Shown one piece after another: positions 15,201 through 24,013 of a stretch of 64,000 bases of DNA; positions within the stretch are counted from its first letter, which is position 1; each line of letters starts with the position of its first letter. The notes below the pieces were generated by a model. It made no database searches and had not been told where the DNA came from. It was given only the letters and a program-made list of their open reading frames with translations. The translations under genes were made by a program, and so were the position numbers. Origin of the DNA: an uncultured Anaerolinea sp. (GTDB lineage Bacteria; Chloroflexota; Anaerolineae; Anaerolineales; UBA4823); contig CAYQDU010000002.1 in NCBI GenBank assembly GCA_964416275.1, positions 1,282 to 65,281 on the forward strand. Reading direction: 5' to 3'.

Positions 15201-18200
15201 CTAAAATTCCACCTGATCGAGCTTGCGAACGAACACAAAGGTATCGCGGTTCACGCCCGTCGGCCCCCAGTAGTTGAACGCATAGGAAAACTGGGCGTAA
15301 CCGCCGCTCATCAGCACCGGCTTGAGCCGGATCCGGGTCATCGAGTTATTCATCCCTGCCCGGCGGCCGCGCCCCGGCGACTTCGGAATGCCAACCGTAC
15401 GTTCGGTGGCATGATAGACAAACACCGTCCCGGCCGGGATGCGGGCGGAAACGCTGGCCCGCTGCACAAATACACCGTTGTCGTTGTACAATTCGACCCA
15501 GTCATTGTCCTCGATGCCCAGTTCGGCCGCGTCTTTATCATTGAGCCAGACGGGGTAGCCGCCGCGCGATAGGGTCATCATGCGGTGGTTCTCCGAGTAG
15601 GTGGAGTGAATGCTCCACTTGCCATGCGGCGTAATGTAATTGAACAGCTTGCCGTGCTGCCCGGCCAGGAGGCTCTGGTCAGCATCGCTGACCATCGTGT
15701 GGTCGGGCTTGGGCTTGTAGACCGGTAGATGCTCGCCCCAGGCCAGGTAGCTCTCGTGATCCAGATAAAAATGCTGCCGCCCGGTAAGCGTGCGCCATGG
15801 CACCAGCCGGTCCACATTGAGCGTAAACGGCGAATACGCGCGGCCCTGATTGACAATGGCCGACCAGGTGGGCGCGGTCAGCACCCGCCGGGGCTGGGAG
15901 ACAAGGTCGGCAAACGAGTAGCGCACATCGCGCAGCCCTGCGGCCAGGTCGGTTAATTCCAGGCCGGTCTTATGCTCTTCTAACGCAAAGGCGCGGTGGG
16001 CCAGCTCGCCGTTGGAGGCCGGGTCCAAGCGCAGGATGGCATTGGCAGCCTGGCGGGCTTCCTCCAGCGAGGGATAGCACACCGGCTCAGCTTTCGAGCC
16101 ATCCGGCCCGCTGCCATTCCCGTTCGCCCGGGGCCATGATTTGCCAAAGGTGCGCGGCTGCTGGGCCAACAATGCCTGATATTCATCTGCGACCGGAATC
16201 GTCAGCCCATGCGCGTTTACCCCGTTCTGCTCGACGCCGCGCCCCAAACTGACCATACACTCGTACAGGCTGGTATAGTCACGCTCGATGACCCGGAACT
16301 TGGGCATTGTCTTTCCAGGGATCGGTTCGACTTCGCCAGTCTTCCAATCCTGCACCGTCGGCTGAGCCAGCTCGTCGGGGGTATCGTGCTGCAAGGGAAG
16401 CATGACGATGTCTTTGACCGGCTGGCGCAGATGGACGCGCGCAAATTCGCTGACCTTAAACGCCACCGCCTTGTAGATTTCCCAATCGCTCTTCGATTCC
16501 CATGCCGGCGGTACAACCGCCTGCATGGGGTTGATAAACGAATGCAGATCGGTGGTGTTCAGATCGTCTTTTTCGTACCAGGTGGCGGCCGGCAGCACCA
16601 GGTCCGAGTACAGCGCCGAGGTATCCATGCGGAAGTTCAGGTCTACCACCAGGTCGAGCTTGCCGGTGGGGGCCTGGGGATGATAGGCAACTTCGGAGGT
16701 GCAGCCCTGGGCCAGTTCGGCGGCGATGGTGTTGCTGTGCGTTCCCAGGTAATGGCGCATAAAGTATTCATGGCCCTTGGCGCTGGCGCCGATGGCGTTG
16801 CCGCGCCAGATGAACCACACCCGGGGCCAGTTTTCCGGCGCGTCTGGGTCTTCTACGGCGAACTTCAGGCGGCCCTGCTTCAACTGCGCCACAACGTGGT
16901 TGATGATCTCGGCGTCGGTAGCGGCCCCCTGATCCTGAGCTTCTTTGACCACAGCCAGCGGGCTGCGGTTGAACTGGGGGAAGAACGGCAGCCAGCCGCG
17001 CCGCACCGCTCGCACCTGATGATCGATGGTATGACCGCCGGCCAGGTCTGTTGCTCCGCCCGGCAGTGCATCGTAAGCGGCAAAGCCACGCTCGTAGCGC
17101 CATTGGTCGGAATGTACATAATGGAAGGAAGGCGTGTTCTGCTGGCGGGAAGCCATGCCCCAATCGCCGGCAAAAGCAATCGCGCCCCAGGAGGCGTGAT
17201 TAACCAGCTTCTCCTGCCCCACGTAGTGCGCCAGCCCGCCGCCGTTCACGCCCACGCTGCCGGTCAGCATCAGCGCTGTGATGGCCGAGCGATAGATCAG
17301 GTTGTTGTGATACCAGTGATTGGCCCCTGCGCCGATGATGACCAGGTTCTTGCCGTGGGTCTTCTCGGCATTGTGGCCCCACTCTCTGGCAAAGCGCAGC
17401 AGGGTGTCGCGGTGAATGCCGGTCAGCGACTCTTGCCAGGCGGGCGTGTAGCAGGCCTCCTCGTCATACGACTGCGGATACTCACCCGGCAGGCCGCGCC
17501 CCACCCCAAAGCGGGCCATGGTCAGGTCGAACACCGTCGCCACGGCCACGCGCCCGGCGCTGGTCTGCACGTAGCGCACCGGAACGCCGCGCCGCAAAAC
17601 CGTTCCGCTTTCAAAGGCGTCGAAGCCTAATTCCAAGACATCGTCATGCGCATCGAGGAAGCTCAATTCCGGGTCAAGCGCCGCGCTGGTGCTGGCGTCT
17701 TCCATCTTCAGGTTCCACTTGCCTGGGTCTTGCTTGCTCCAGCGAAAGCCAATACTGCCCTTCGGCATGCGAGCGGTATCGCTGGCCCGATCCCAGACCA
17801 GCAGCTTCCAATCCCCATGTTCCTCATCGGCATAGTCTGCCAGGCGGTTAGCGCGCAGGTATCGGCCGGGCGCAGCCCTCACCCCTGGCCCCTCTCCCCT
17901 GCCGGGAGAGGCGAAGCCCAAACCTTCTTGCCCCATCTCATCAGGGGAGGCGAGGGGAATCTCCACCAAAAAGGGCATATCGGTATACTGCTTCAGATAC
18001 GCATTGAAATACGGCGTCTGCCGGTCAACATAGAATTCTTTGAGCAGCACATGGTTGACCGCCATCCAAAAAGCGGCGTCTTGTCCAGCGTGTACCGGGA
18101 TCCAGTAATCGGCATATTTAGCCACCTGCGAAAAATCGGGCGAAAAAACCGTCAGCTTGGCCCCCGCGTGGCGCACTTCGGAGATGAAATGCGTGTCGGG

Positions 18201-18938
18201 CGTGCGGGTCATGTTCAGGTTGGCGCCCATAACGGCAATAAAGCGGGCGTTGTACCAGTCGGCCGATTCGTGCACGTCGGTCTGCTCTCCCCACACCTCC
18301 GGGCTGGCCGGCGGCAGGTCGCAGTACCAGTCATAGAAGCTCATCGGCACGCCCCCCAACAGCGATAGGAAACGGCTGCCGGCGGCGTAGCTGATCTGCG
18401 ACATGGCCGGAATGGGCGAAAAGCCCACCACCCGGTCGGGGCCGTACTGCTTGACCGTATAGATCACCGAGGCGGCAATAATTTCCAACGCCTCGTCCCA
18501 GGAGATGCGCCGGAAGCCGCCTTTGCCGCGCGCCGTCTGAATGGCGCGCCGCTTTTCCGGGTCAGAGACAAGCACCGCCCAGGCGGCCACCGGGTCGCTG
18601 TACTGCTTGCGCGCTTCCCGCCAGGCGTCGATCAGCGTCCCGCGCCCGTAGGGGTATTTCACCCGGATCGGGCTGTACAGATACCACGAGAAGCTGATGC
18701 CGCGCTGGCAGCCGCGCGGCTCATAAGGAGGCAGGCCGGCTTCAAGCTGCGGGTAATCGGTGGCCTGCAGCTCCCAGGTGACGATGCCATCTTTGACGAA
18801 CACCTCCCACGAGCAGCTCCCGGTGCAGTTCACGCCATGCGTGGTGCGCACACGCCGGTCGTGCTGAAAACGGTTGCGATAAAATTCCTCCCACTGACGC
18901 TCAGCGGGCGATTCGACATCCTTAGTCCACTCATCCAT
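15201..18938 (-). CDS. narG: respiratory nitrate reductase alpha subunit (Mo-bisMGD), cytoplasmic Nar/Nxr type, with an in-frame repeat-derived insertion
   Basis: FS0 motif [23 protein letters not shown]. 1245 aa. No twin-arginine signal. Followed by narHJI. Confidence 0.95.
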   Translation of the reverse strand: MDEWTKDVESPAERQWEEFYRNRFQHDRRVRTTHGVNCTGSCSWEVFVKDGIVTWELQATDYPQLEAGLPPYEPRGCQRGISFSWYLYSPIRVKYPYGRGTLIDAWREARKQYSDPVAAWAVLVSDPEKRRAIQTARGKGGFRRISWDEALEIIAASVIYTVKQYGPDRVVGFSPIPAMSQISYAAGSRFLSLLGGVPMSFYDWYCDLPPASPEVWGEQTDVHESADWYNARFIAVMGANLNMTRTPDTHFISEVRHAGAKLTVFSPDFSQVAKYADYWIPVHAGQDAAFWMAVNHVLLKEFYVDRQTPYFNAYLKQYTDMPFLVEIPLASPDEMGQEGLGFASPGRGEGPGVRAAPGRYLRANRLADYADEEHGDWKLLVWDRASDTARMPKGSIGFRWSKQDPGKWNLKMEDASTSAALDPELSFLDAHDDVLELGFDAFESGTVLRRGVPVRYVQTSAGRVAVATVFDLTMARFGVGRGLPGEYPQSYDEEACYTPAWQESLTGIHRDTLLRFAREWGHNAEKTHGKNLVIIGAGANHWYHNNLIYRSAITALMLTGSVGVNGGGLAHYVGQEKLVNHASWGAIAFAGDWGMASRQQNTPSFHYVHSDQWRYERGFAAYDALPGGATDLAGGHTIDHQVRAVRRGWLPFFPQFNRSPLAVVKEAQDQGAATDAEIINHVVAQLKQGRLKFAVEDPDAPENWPRVWFIWRGNAIGASAKGHEYFMRHYLGTHSNTIAAELAQGCTSEVAYHPQAPTGKLDLVVDLNFRMDTSALYSDLVLPAATWYEKDDLNTTDLHSFINPMQAVVPPAWESKSDWEIYKAVAFKVSEFARVHLRQPVKDIVMLPLQHDTPDELAQPTVQDWKTGEVEPIPGKTMPKFRVIERDYTSLYECMVSLGRGVEQNGVNAHGLTIPVADEYQALLAQQPRTFGKSWPRANGNGSGPDGSKAEPVCYPSLEEARQAANAILRLDPASNGELAHRAFALEEHKTGLELTDLAAGLRDVRYSFADLVSQPRRVLTAPTWSAIVNQGRAYSPFTLNVDRLVPWRTLTGRQHFYLDHESYLAWGEHLPVYKPKPDHTMVSDADQSLLAGQHGKLFNYITPHGKWSIHSTYSENHRMMTLSRGGYPVWLNDKDAAELGIEDNDWVELYNDNGVFVQRASVSARIPAGTVFVYHATERTVGIPKSPGRGRRAGMNNSMTRIRLKPVLMSGGYAQFSYAFNYWGPTGVNRDTFVFVRKLDQVEF
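17873..17962. repeat. palindromic repeat (arms CCCCTCTCCCCT / AGGGGAGGCGAGGGG) embedded in frame in narG, encoding ...[28 protein letters not shown]...
   Basis: The arms match the arms of the intergenic element at 37743-37878 (TCTCATC..AGGGGAG.GAGGGG). There is an internal small hairpin CCTCTCCC-CTGCC-GGGAGAGG. Confidence 0.65.
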
Positions 18939-18962
18939 CGGGGTCTTCTCCCATTTGTTCGG

Positions 18963-19826
18963 TTATACAGATTGGGCTGCGCCGCGGCCACGGCGGACAC
19001 GTTCGGCCGCCGATGTTGCCCAGCGCGGCCGGAAGGCCAGCATGACGACGAACAAGAGCAGCGTCAGGCCGGCGCCAATGATCGAGAACCAGGTCCCAGG
19101 CGTCACCAGAGCGGTGGGCGGCGGGAGCGCATCGCTGGCCTTGAAATACGCGATCAAGTCGGCCTGTTCCTGCGGCGAGAGGGGTTTATTCAGGAACGGG
19201 CCGGCCATGGTTGGGAAAGTGATCTGGTTCAAATTGGCGGTCAGGCCAGCCTCGCCGTAACGCTGCAGCACATGGGTCAGGTCTGGGCCCAGGCCGCCGC
19301 CGCCCAGGGGAACGACGCCCTGCACCGTATGGCAGGCCAGGCAGGCCGGGCCGCCGGCGCCCTGCGTCGTCTGTCCTATGAACAGCCGCCGTCCTGCCTC
19401 CGCGTCGCCCCCCGGCAGGCTCGCCGCCGGGCTGGTGGGCGCAGCCCCCACGCCGCCAGGGTTCTCCAGGTAAGCCAGCAGGGCCGCCACATCGGCTTCC
19501 GATAAGCCCAGGTTTGGCATAGGCACCTGGTTATTCTCGGCAAGCAACTGCTGCGCCACGGGGTCTCCAGAAGCAATCATCTTGTCTGGAGCGGAGATAA
19601 AACTGTGCAGCCAGTTCAGGTCTCGGCGCCGAGTCACGCCCTGCAAATCTGGCCCAACCAGTCTGCCGCTGCCAATCGTATGGCACGCGGCGCACTTTTG
19701 CCGGAACAGGGCCTGCCCATCCTGGGCGCTTTGCGCATCCAACCCGGCTGCGGCTGGCGAGAGCCGGGAGGCCAGCGCAAATGCGCTCATACAAAACAGC
19801 AGCACGGCAAGCAAATAACGTTTCAC
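18963..19826 (-). CDS. membrane-anchored dihaem cytochrome c
   Basis: Signal peptide MKRYLLAVLLFCMSAFALA. Two CxxCH motifs (CAACH, CLACH). C-terminal TM WFSIIGAGLTLLLFVVMLAF. GTG start at 19826 with GGAGGAA 5 nt upstream. Its stop lies 24 nt upstream of the narG start. Confidence 0.8.
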   Translation of the reverse strand: MKRYLLAVLLFCMSAFALASRLSPAAAGLDAQSAQDGQALFRQKCAACHTIGSGRLVGPDLQGVTRRRDLNWLHSFISAPDKMIASGDPVAQQLLAENNQVPMPNLGLSEADVAALLAYLENPGGVGAAPTSPAASLPGGDAEAGRRLFIGQTTQGAGGPACLACHTVQGVVPLGGGGLGPDLTHVLQRYGEAGLTANLNQITFPTMAGPFLNKPLSPQEQADLIAYFKASDALPPPTALVTPGTWFSIIGAGLTLLLFVVMLAFRPRWATSAAERVRRGRGAAQSV

Positions 19827-19868
19827 AGAGTTCCTCCGCTGGTTGGTTCTTCAAATGTCTGTTTTGCG

Positions 19869-20222
19869 TCAATCCTGGATCGGCAACCGGTAGATCAAAT
19901 CCAAAAAATCATGCCGGCTGGCCGCGGCCAGGTGTGAGCTGTAGATCTGCACCTGGTTGTTATCCAATGTCACCCGCAGAATTGGCAAGTTCGGATACTC
20001 ATCCAGGATTTGGGCGGTCAGACGCGATAAAGATTCACTTGTTTTGCCCTCATCGGCCAAAATGACCAGGTCGGGGGCGGCCTGTCTTAGCTTTTCCATG
20101 AAGGTGTCATCCACCCGCCAGTGGCCGGCCAATTCCAGGTCGTCAAGCTGGTTGAGCATTTGCTCGACGCCTTCCCCCAACAGGCCTTTTGCGCTAAACA
20201 GGAGAATTCGCTTTTTCCTCAT
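19869..20222 (-). CDS. small CheY-like receiver-fold protein with degenerate active site (pseudo-receiver), weak assignment
   Basis: 117 aa. RILLFSAKG (no acidic pair), DLVILADEG, PILRVTL. The receiver-like beta/alpha periodicity lacks the conserved DD and K. Confidence 0.35.
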   Translation of the reverse strand: MRKKRILLFSAKGLLGEGVEQMLNQLDDLELAGHWRVDDTFMEKLRQAAPDLVILADEGKTSESLSRLTAQILDEYPNLPILRVTLDNNQVQIYSSHLAAASRHDFLDLIYRLPIQD

Positions 20223-20243
20223 GCCCGACCTCCATCCGATACG

Positions 20244-20768
20244 TCACAACACCGTCGTTTTGAGGGTTTCTGCTTCACCAGCTTTATGCTTCGACAACCA
20301 GGCTGTCCCGGCTTCTTCCCGCGCCGCCCGGCCCTGCCATTCATCGCGTTCGGCGCGCCAATGCAGCATCTCTCCAATGCCGGATGCGGCCAGCACGAAC
20401 GATAGGGTCAGCCCGATGGGATATGCCAGCGCCAACAAGCCGGCCAGCGAAAGCGCCACCCACGTTCCGGCGCAGGTGGGGCAGCACAGCAGCTCGCTAA
20501 TCACCCGTTGCAGCCCGCGCCCGCACGCCTCCACCGACTTGCCCGCGCCGCTCGAATCATCGACCACATCAGTAAACGGGGCCCGCAGCCAGCTAAAAAT
20601 AAAGTTATAGGCCACCGCTCTACCGCCGCGAAATGCCGCTACGCCGACCAGGATCAGGGCCAGCGGATCGTGCAGCACCTGCGGGCTGGCGGATAAGGCC
20701 AGCAGGCTGACCGCGCCCATGAAAAGGAGCAGCAGCAAGACCAGATAGACGCCGATGCGTTGATTCAT
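20244..20768 (-). CDS. DUF1360-like small membrane protein
   Basis: Start moved to ATG 20768 (MNQRIGVYLVLLLLLF...), which forms an ATGA overlap with the upstream cytochrome c stop. FRGGRAVAYNFIFSWLRAPF ... ELLCCPTCAGTWVAL resembles DUF1360. Confidence 0.55.
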   Translation of the reverse strand: MNQRIGVYLVLLLLLFMGAVSLLALSASPQVLHDPLALILVGVAAFRGGRAVAYNFIFSWLRAPFTDVVDDSSGAGKSVEACGRGLQRVISELLCCPTCAGTWVALSLAGLLALAYPIGLTLSFVLAASGIGEMLHWRAERDEWQGRAAREEAGTAWLSKHKAGEAETLKTTVL

Positions 20769-21937
20769 GGCTGCAGCGTTCTCAGCCAGGCGATGATATC
20801 GGCAATCTGCTGCTCGGTCAGGCGGTCGGCAAAACCAGCCATGGCGGTTCCAGGGCGGCCGGTCTGGATGAAGTGCAGCAGGTCGGCGCTCGTTTGGCCC
20901 TGTACAAAGGCGCTGTTGTGCAGCGGCAGGCCCACCCCACCTTCGCCCTGCTGTCCATGACAGGCGGCGCATTGCGCCAAAAAGAGCTGATTGCCGGTCT
21001 GCGGGTCGCCAGGAGGCCAGTTCTGCTTGAGATCGGCCAGGGCCTGGGCGGCGCCTTTCACCTCCCCGGCCTGAATTTGGGCCAGGATGGATTGCAGCAA
21101 ACTGGCGGCCTGGCCCTGGCTGACCTCTATCGCCCGCTTCAGATGAAGCTGAGCGCTGGCCGGATCATCCTGAGAAAGGGCAAAGCGGGCCTGGTCGAGC
21201 AGCTGCGTCACAGAATAGGCAGGCTGGACGGCTTTCCCTGCTCGCCAGGCGCCAATCAGCGCTACCAGGTCGTCGATTTGCGCCGGCGAAAGCACCGTTC
21301 CCCAGGTGGGCATCCCCCTGGCCGGGCGGCCATTGGCGATCACGCTGCGGTACCAGTCATCGCCAAAGCTGCCCAGCCGGGCCGCATCATTCAGGGCGGG
21401 AATGCCGGGGTTGCCGCCGCGGCCATCTTCGCCGTGGCAAACCACACAGGTCGAGGCAAACAGCAGCGCGCCCTGGGCCGGGTCCGCCGGGCGGGCCGCG
21501 GCAGGCAAGATTTCGGGGGCGGTTGGCTCCCAGGCGCGCATAAACGCCACCACGTCGCGGATCTCCTCATCGGTCAGCGGGCCGCCAAAGTCCACGCTCC
21601 AGGATGGCATCTGCGTATTCGGCACACCCGAACGAACGACCGAAAAGAAGACCGTATCAGAAGTATTTTTCAACACCTTGCGGTTGTTCAACGCCGCGCC
21701 AACCCCGCCTTCGCCGCTGTTTCCATGGCAGGCGGCGCACTGTGCGGCATAGGTTTTCTCGCCGCGCGCGATGCGATCTTCCTGGATCAGGGCGGCGGCC
21801 CCGCCCAGGCGTTGGCCTTCTCCAAGCCAGTAGATACCCAGGCCAAACAGAATCAGCAGCGCCAGCGTCAGCCCAGCGACCTGAAGCCCGGTGTAATCCT
21901 CACGCTCGACAATTGGTTGGATGCGTGCGCCATTCAT
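20765..21937 (-). CDS. membrane-anchored trihaem cytochrome c (three class I cyt c domains)
   Basis: CAACHGNSGEGG, CVVCHGEDGRGG, CAACHGQQGEGG. N-terminal TM LQVAGLTLALLILFGLGIYWL. Start moved to ATG 21937 (MNGARIQ), 2 nt after the Rieske stop. Confidence 0.8.
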   Translation of the reverse strand: MNGARIQPIVEREDYTGLQVAGLTLALLILFGLGIYWLGEGQRLGGAAALIQEDRIARGEKTYAAQCAACHGNSGEGGVGAALNNRKVLKNTSDTVFFSVVRSGVPNTQMPSWSVDFGGPLTDEEIRDVVAFMRAWEPTAPEILPAAARPADPAQGALLFASTCVVCHGEDGRGGNPGIPALNDAARLGSFGDDWYRSVIANGRPARGMPTWGTVLSPAQIDDLVALIGAWRAGKAVQPAYSVTQLLDQARFALSQDDPASAQLHLKRAIEVSQGQAASLLQSILAQIQAGEVKGAAQALADLKQNWPPGDPQTGNQLFLAQCAACHGQQGEGGVGLPLHNSAFVQGQTSADLLHFIQTGRPGTAMAGFADRLTEQQIADIIAWLRTLQP

Positions 21938-21939
21938 CG

Positions 21940-22443
21940 TCACACCTTCAGCGCCTGACCCGGCTGATACGAACTGCGCTCGACCGGCCGGCTGGTGTCT
22001 ACCCACACCTCGCCGTTCACCACCTTAACCGGGAAGATGTCCATCGGACGCGGCGCCGGCCCCCCGGCGACCTCGCCCTTCGAATTGAACAACGAGCCAT
22101 GACAGGGGCAGTGAAACTGGCCTTCCGCTTCTGCATACGGCACCGAGCAGCCCAGGTGGGTGCACTTCTGGTACAGCGCCAGCAGCCCGTCGGCAGTGTG
22201 GCTGATGTAAAAACGGCCGGCCAGGACGCGGTTCACGCTGCCGGGTGGGAACTCTTGCAATGTTCCGGCGTAGACCATCCCCCCAAATCCCTGGGCTTGG
22301 GGTGGGCGCAGGAATTTGAGCAGCGCTCCCATCCATGCGCCGCCCAGGGCCGCCAGGCTGCCGGCAAAGGCAACCCCCAGGAACTCGCGCCGGCTAAAGG
22401 CCTGCATTTTGGTTTTTAGAGTTGTATGAGTTGTGGCATTCAT
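21940..22443 (-). CDS. Rieske 2Fe-2S subunit of a cytochrome bc/b6f-type complex
   Basis: Tat-like SRREFLGVAF. Rieske boxes CTHLGCSVPY and CPCHGSLF. Confidence 0.9.
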   Translation of the reverse strand: MNATTHTTLKTKMQAFSRREFLGVAFAGSLAALGGAWMGALLKFLRPPQAQGFGGMVYAGTLQEFPPGSVNRVLAGRFYISHTADGLLALYQKCTHLGCSVPYAEAEGQFHCPCHGSLFNSKGEVAGGPAPRPMDIFPVKVVNGEVWVDTSRPVERSSYQPGQALKV

Positions 22444-22505
22444 TCCGCATCGGCTCCCATTTTCATCCCGTCGAAGAGGGTTAAATTCGGCGCTGTCATC
22501 GTTGT

Positions 22506-23273
22506 TTAGAGATTATCCAGAGGGCTGTAGCCGCCGGGCATATTCCACGGCCAATACAGGTGAAAACCAGGGCCGCGGAAGAAGAAACCGATCAGCGTAA
22601 ACACCACCGCCGAGACAAACAGCAGCGTGAACAGGGCGATCATCATCTCTCTGGCATTCGGCCGGTAGCGGCGCAGCGCCAGCGGCGGCGCAGACACGAT
22701 CAAGCCCATCATCAACGCCGGGATGATGATTTGCGCCACCCAATCGGGCGTGAGGCCGCGCAGCAGCTCGCGCGGCGGGAAAGCGTTATCAAGCAAGACG
22801 TAAACCGGCATGACCACCAGCGCATACAGGGCGGTCAGCAGGGCAATCTTCCGGCCGCGCCGGGAAGTAAACCAGCGTCCAGAGCCTTGCCGGCTGTTAT
22901 CCAGGTAGGGGATTGCCAGCACAAACAGCACCATGATCGTGGGCAAGATGACAGCCATCAGGGTGGGGTGGCCGTGTTCTAGCATTTCCTGCAGGCCCAT
23001 AAAATACCAGGGCGCTTTGGCCGGGTCGGTAGTGGTATTGGGGTTGGCAAACGCTTCCAGCGGCGCATTCCGCCCGATAGACATAAACAGCAGCGCCGCT
23101 CCTAAAATCAGCGCCAGCAAGATTTCAATCAGGGCCACCACCGGGAAGGCAAACACGGTGTTATCGGGGCCTTTTTCGACCATCGTGGTCGGCGCGCCGC
23201 GCACCAGTTCTACCAATGTATAGGTCTTTACGCCGTTTTGAGGAAAAGCGTTTTTTTCAGGAAGCTGAATCAT
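22506..23273 (-). CDS. cytochrome b C-terminal domain / subunit IV-like protein
   Basis: PAKAPWYFMGLQEMLEH (PEWY-type motif region), multi-TM. The start overlaps the cyt b6 stop (23270-23273). Confidence 0.85.
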   Translation of the reverse strand: MIQLPEKNAFPQNGVKTYTLVELVRGAPTTMVEKGPDNTVFAFPVVALIEILLALILGAALLFMSIGRNAPLEAFANPNTTTDPAKAPWYFMGLQEMLEHGHPTLMAVILPTIMVLFVLAIPYLDNSRQGSGRWFTSRRGRKIALLTALYALVVMPVYVLLDNAFPPRELLRGLTPDWVAQIIIPALMMGLIVSAPPLALRRYRPNAREMMIALFTLLFVSAVVFTLIGFFFRGPGFHLYWPWNMPGGYSPLDNL

Positions 23274-24013
23274 TGCGCCAGTTCCTTTCGATCATCATCC
23301 TGGGCCGCCAGGCCGCCGTCTTTGCGCACTCGCCATAGATGCACGCTGGTCAACAGGGCGATGCCCAGGGGGATAAAAATGACGTGCAGGGCATAGAAGC
23401 GAGTGAGCGCCGGCTGCCCGATTTCCGGGCCGCCCAGCAGGAAGGACTTGACCACCTGGCCGCCCACCGGCGCATACCCGGCCACGCTGGTTCCCACCGT
23501 GATGGCCCAGTAGGCAAGCTGATCCCACGGCAGCAGATAGCCGGTGAAACTGGCGCCAAATGTCAGCAAGAGCAGCATCACCCCGATCACCCAGTTGAAC
23601 TGGCGCGGCGGCTTATACGCGCCGGTGTAGAACACCCGCGCCATGTGCAGCACCACCACAAGCACCATCAGGTGCGCGCCCCAGCGGTGCATATTGCGCA
23701 GCAGCTGCCCAAACGACACCGCGGTTTGCAGGCGCACAATATCACTGTACGCATGCTCCACGGCCGGGGTGTAGTAGAACATCAGCAGCATCCCGGTCAG
23801 CGTCAGGGCGGCAAAGGCCAGCACAGACAGCACGCCCAATCCGAACGAATAGGCCCAGCGCAGGCTCTTACGACTCACCTTGACGGGGTGGAGATGAAAA
23901 AACAGGCTGCTGGTCATCACCAGCGAACGATCCAGCGGATTATCCGGCCAGCCATGCCGAAAAATCGAGCGCCATACCCGCGATTGGGTCACGTATTGAA
24001 CGACCTGACTCAT
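23270..24013 (-). CDS. cytochrome b6-type (N-terminal four-helix) cytochrome b
   Basis: LRNMHRWGAHLMVLVVVLHMARVFYTGAYKPPRQFNWVIGVMLLLLTFGASFTGYLLPWDQLAYWA ... FYALHVIFIPL. The start overlaps the stop of the upstream oxidoreductase (ATGA at 24010-24013). Confidence 0.9.
   Translation of the reverse strand: MSQVVQYVTQSRVWRSIFRHGWPDNPLDRSLVMTSSLFFHLHPVKVSRKSLRWAYSFGLGVLSVLAFAALTLTGMLLMFYYTPAVEHAYSDIVRLQTAVSFGQLLRNMHRWGAHLMVLVVVLHMARVFYTGAYKPPRQFNWVIGVMLLLLTFGASFTGYLLPWDQLAYWAITVGTSVAGYAPVGGQVVKSFLLGGPEIGQPALTRFYALHVIFIPLGIALLTSVHLWRVRKDGGLAAQDDDRKELAQ

Noticed and set aside
16209-17630. 473-aa plus-strand ORF antisense to narG. Similar long antisense ORFs occur at 14135-15277 vs narH, 20873-21958 vs trihaem cyt c, 23339-24331 vs cyt b6, 33619-34680 vs the oxidoreductase, 39523-40836 vs ppk1/ppk2, 49655-50899 vs wzx, 51008-52072 vs the GT, 52596-53768 vs wzy, and 62867-63820 vs the secreted protein.
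   Set aside because: These are typical shadow ORFs of a GC-rich genome. Their products are Arg/Gly/Pro/Ala/His/Gln-rich with low complexity, while the opposite strand encodes unmistakable conserved proteins.
20769-20972. N-terminal extension of the DUF1360 ORF (track 20244..20972). The analogous extensions are 46956-47387 and 55128-55208.
   Set aside because: These extensions overlap the 3' ends of well-supported upstream genes in another frame. Internal ATG starts give ATGA or short overlaps and sensible N-termini.
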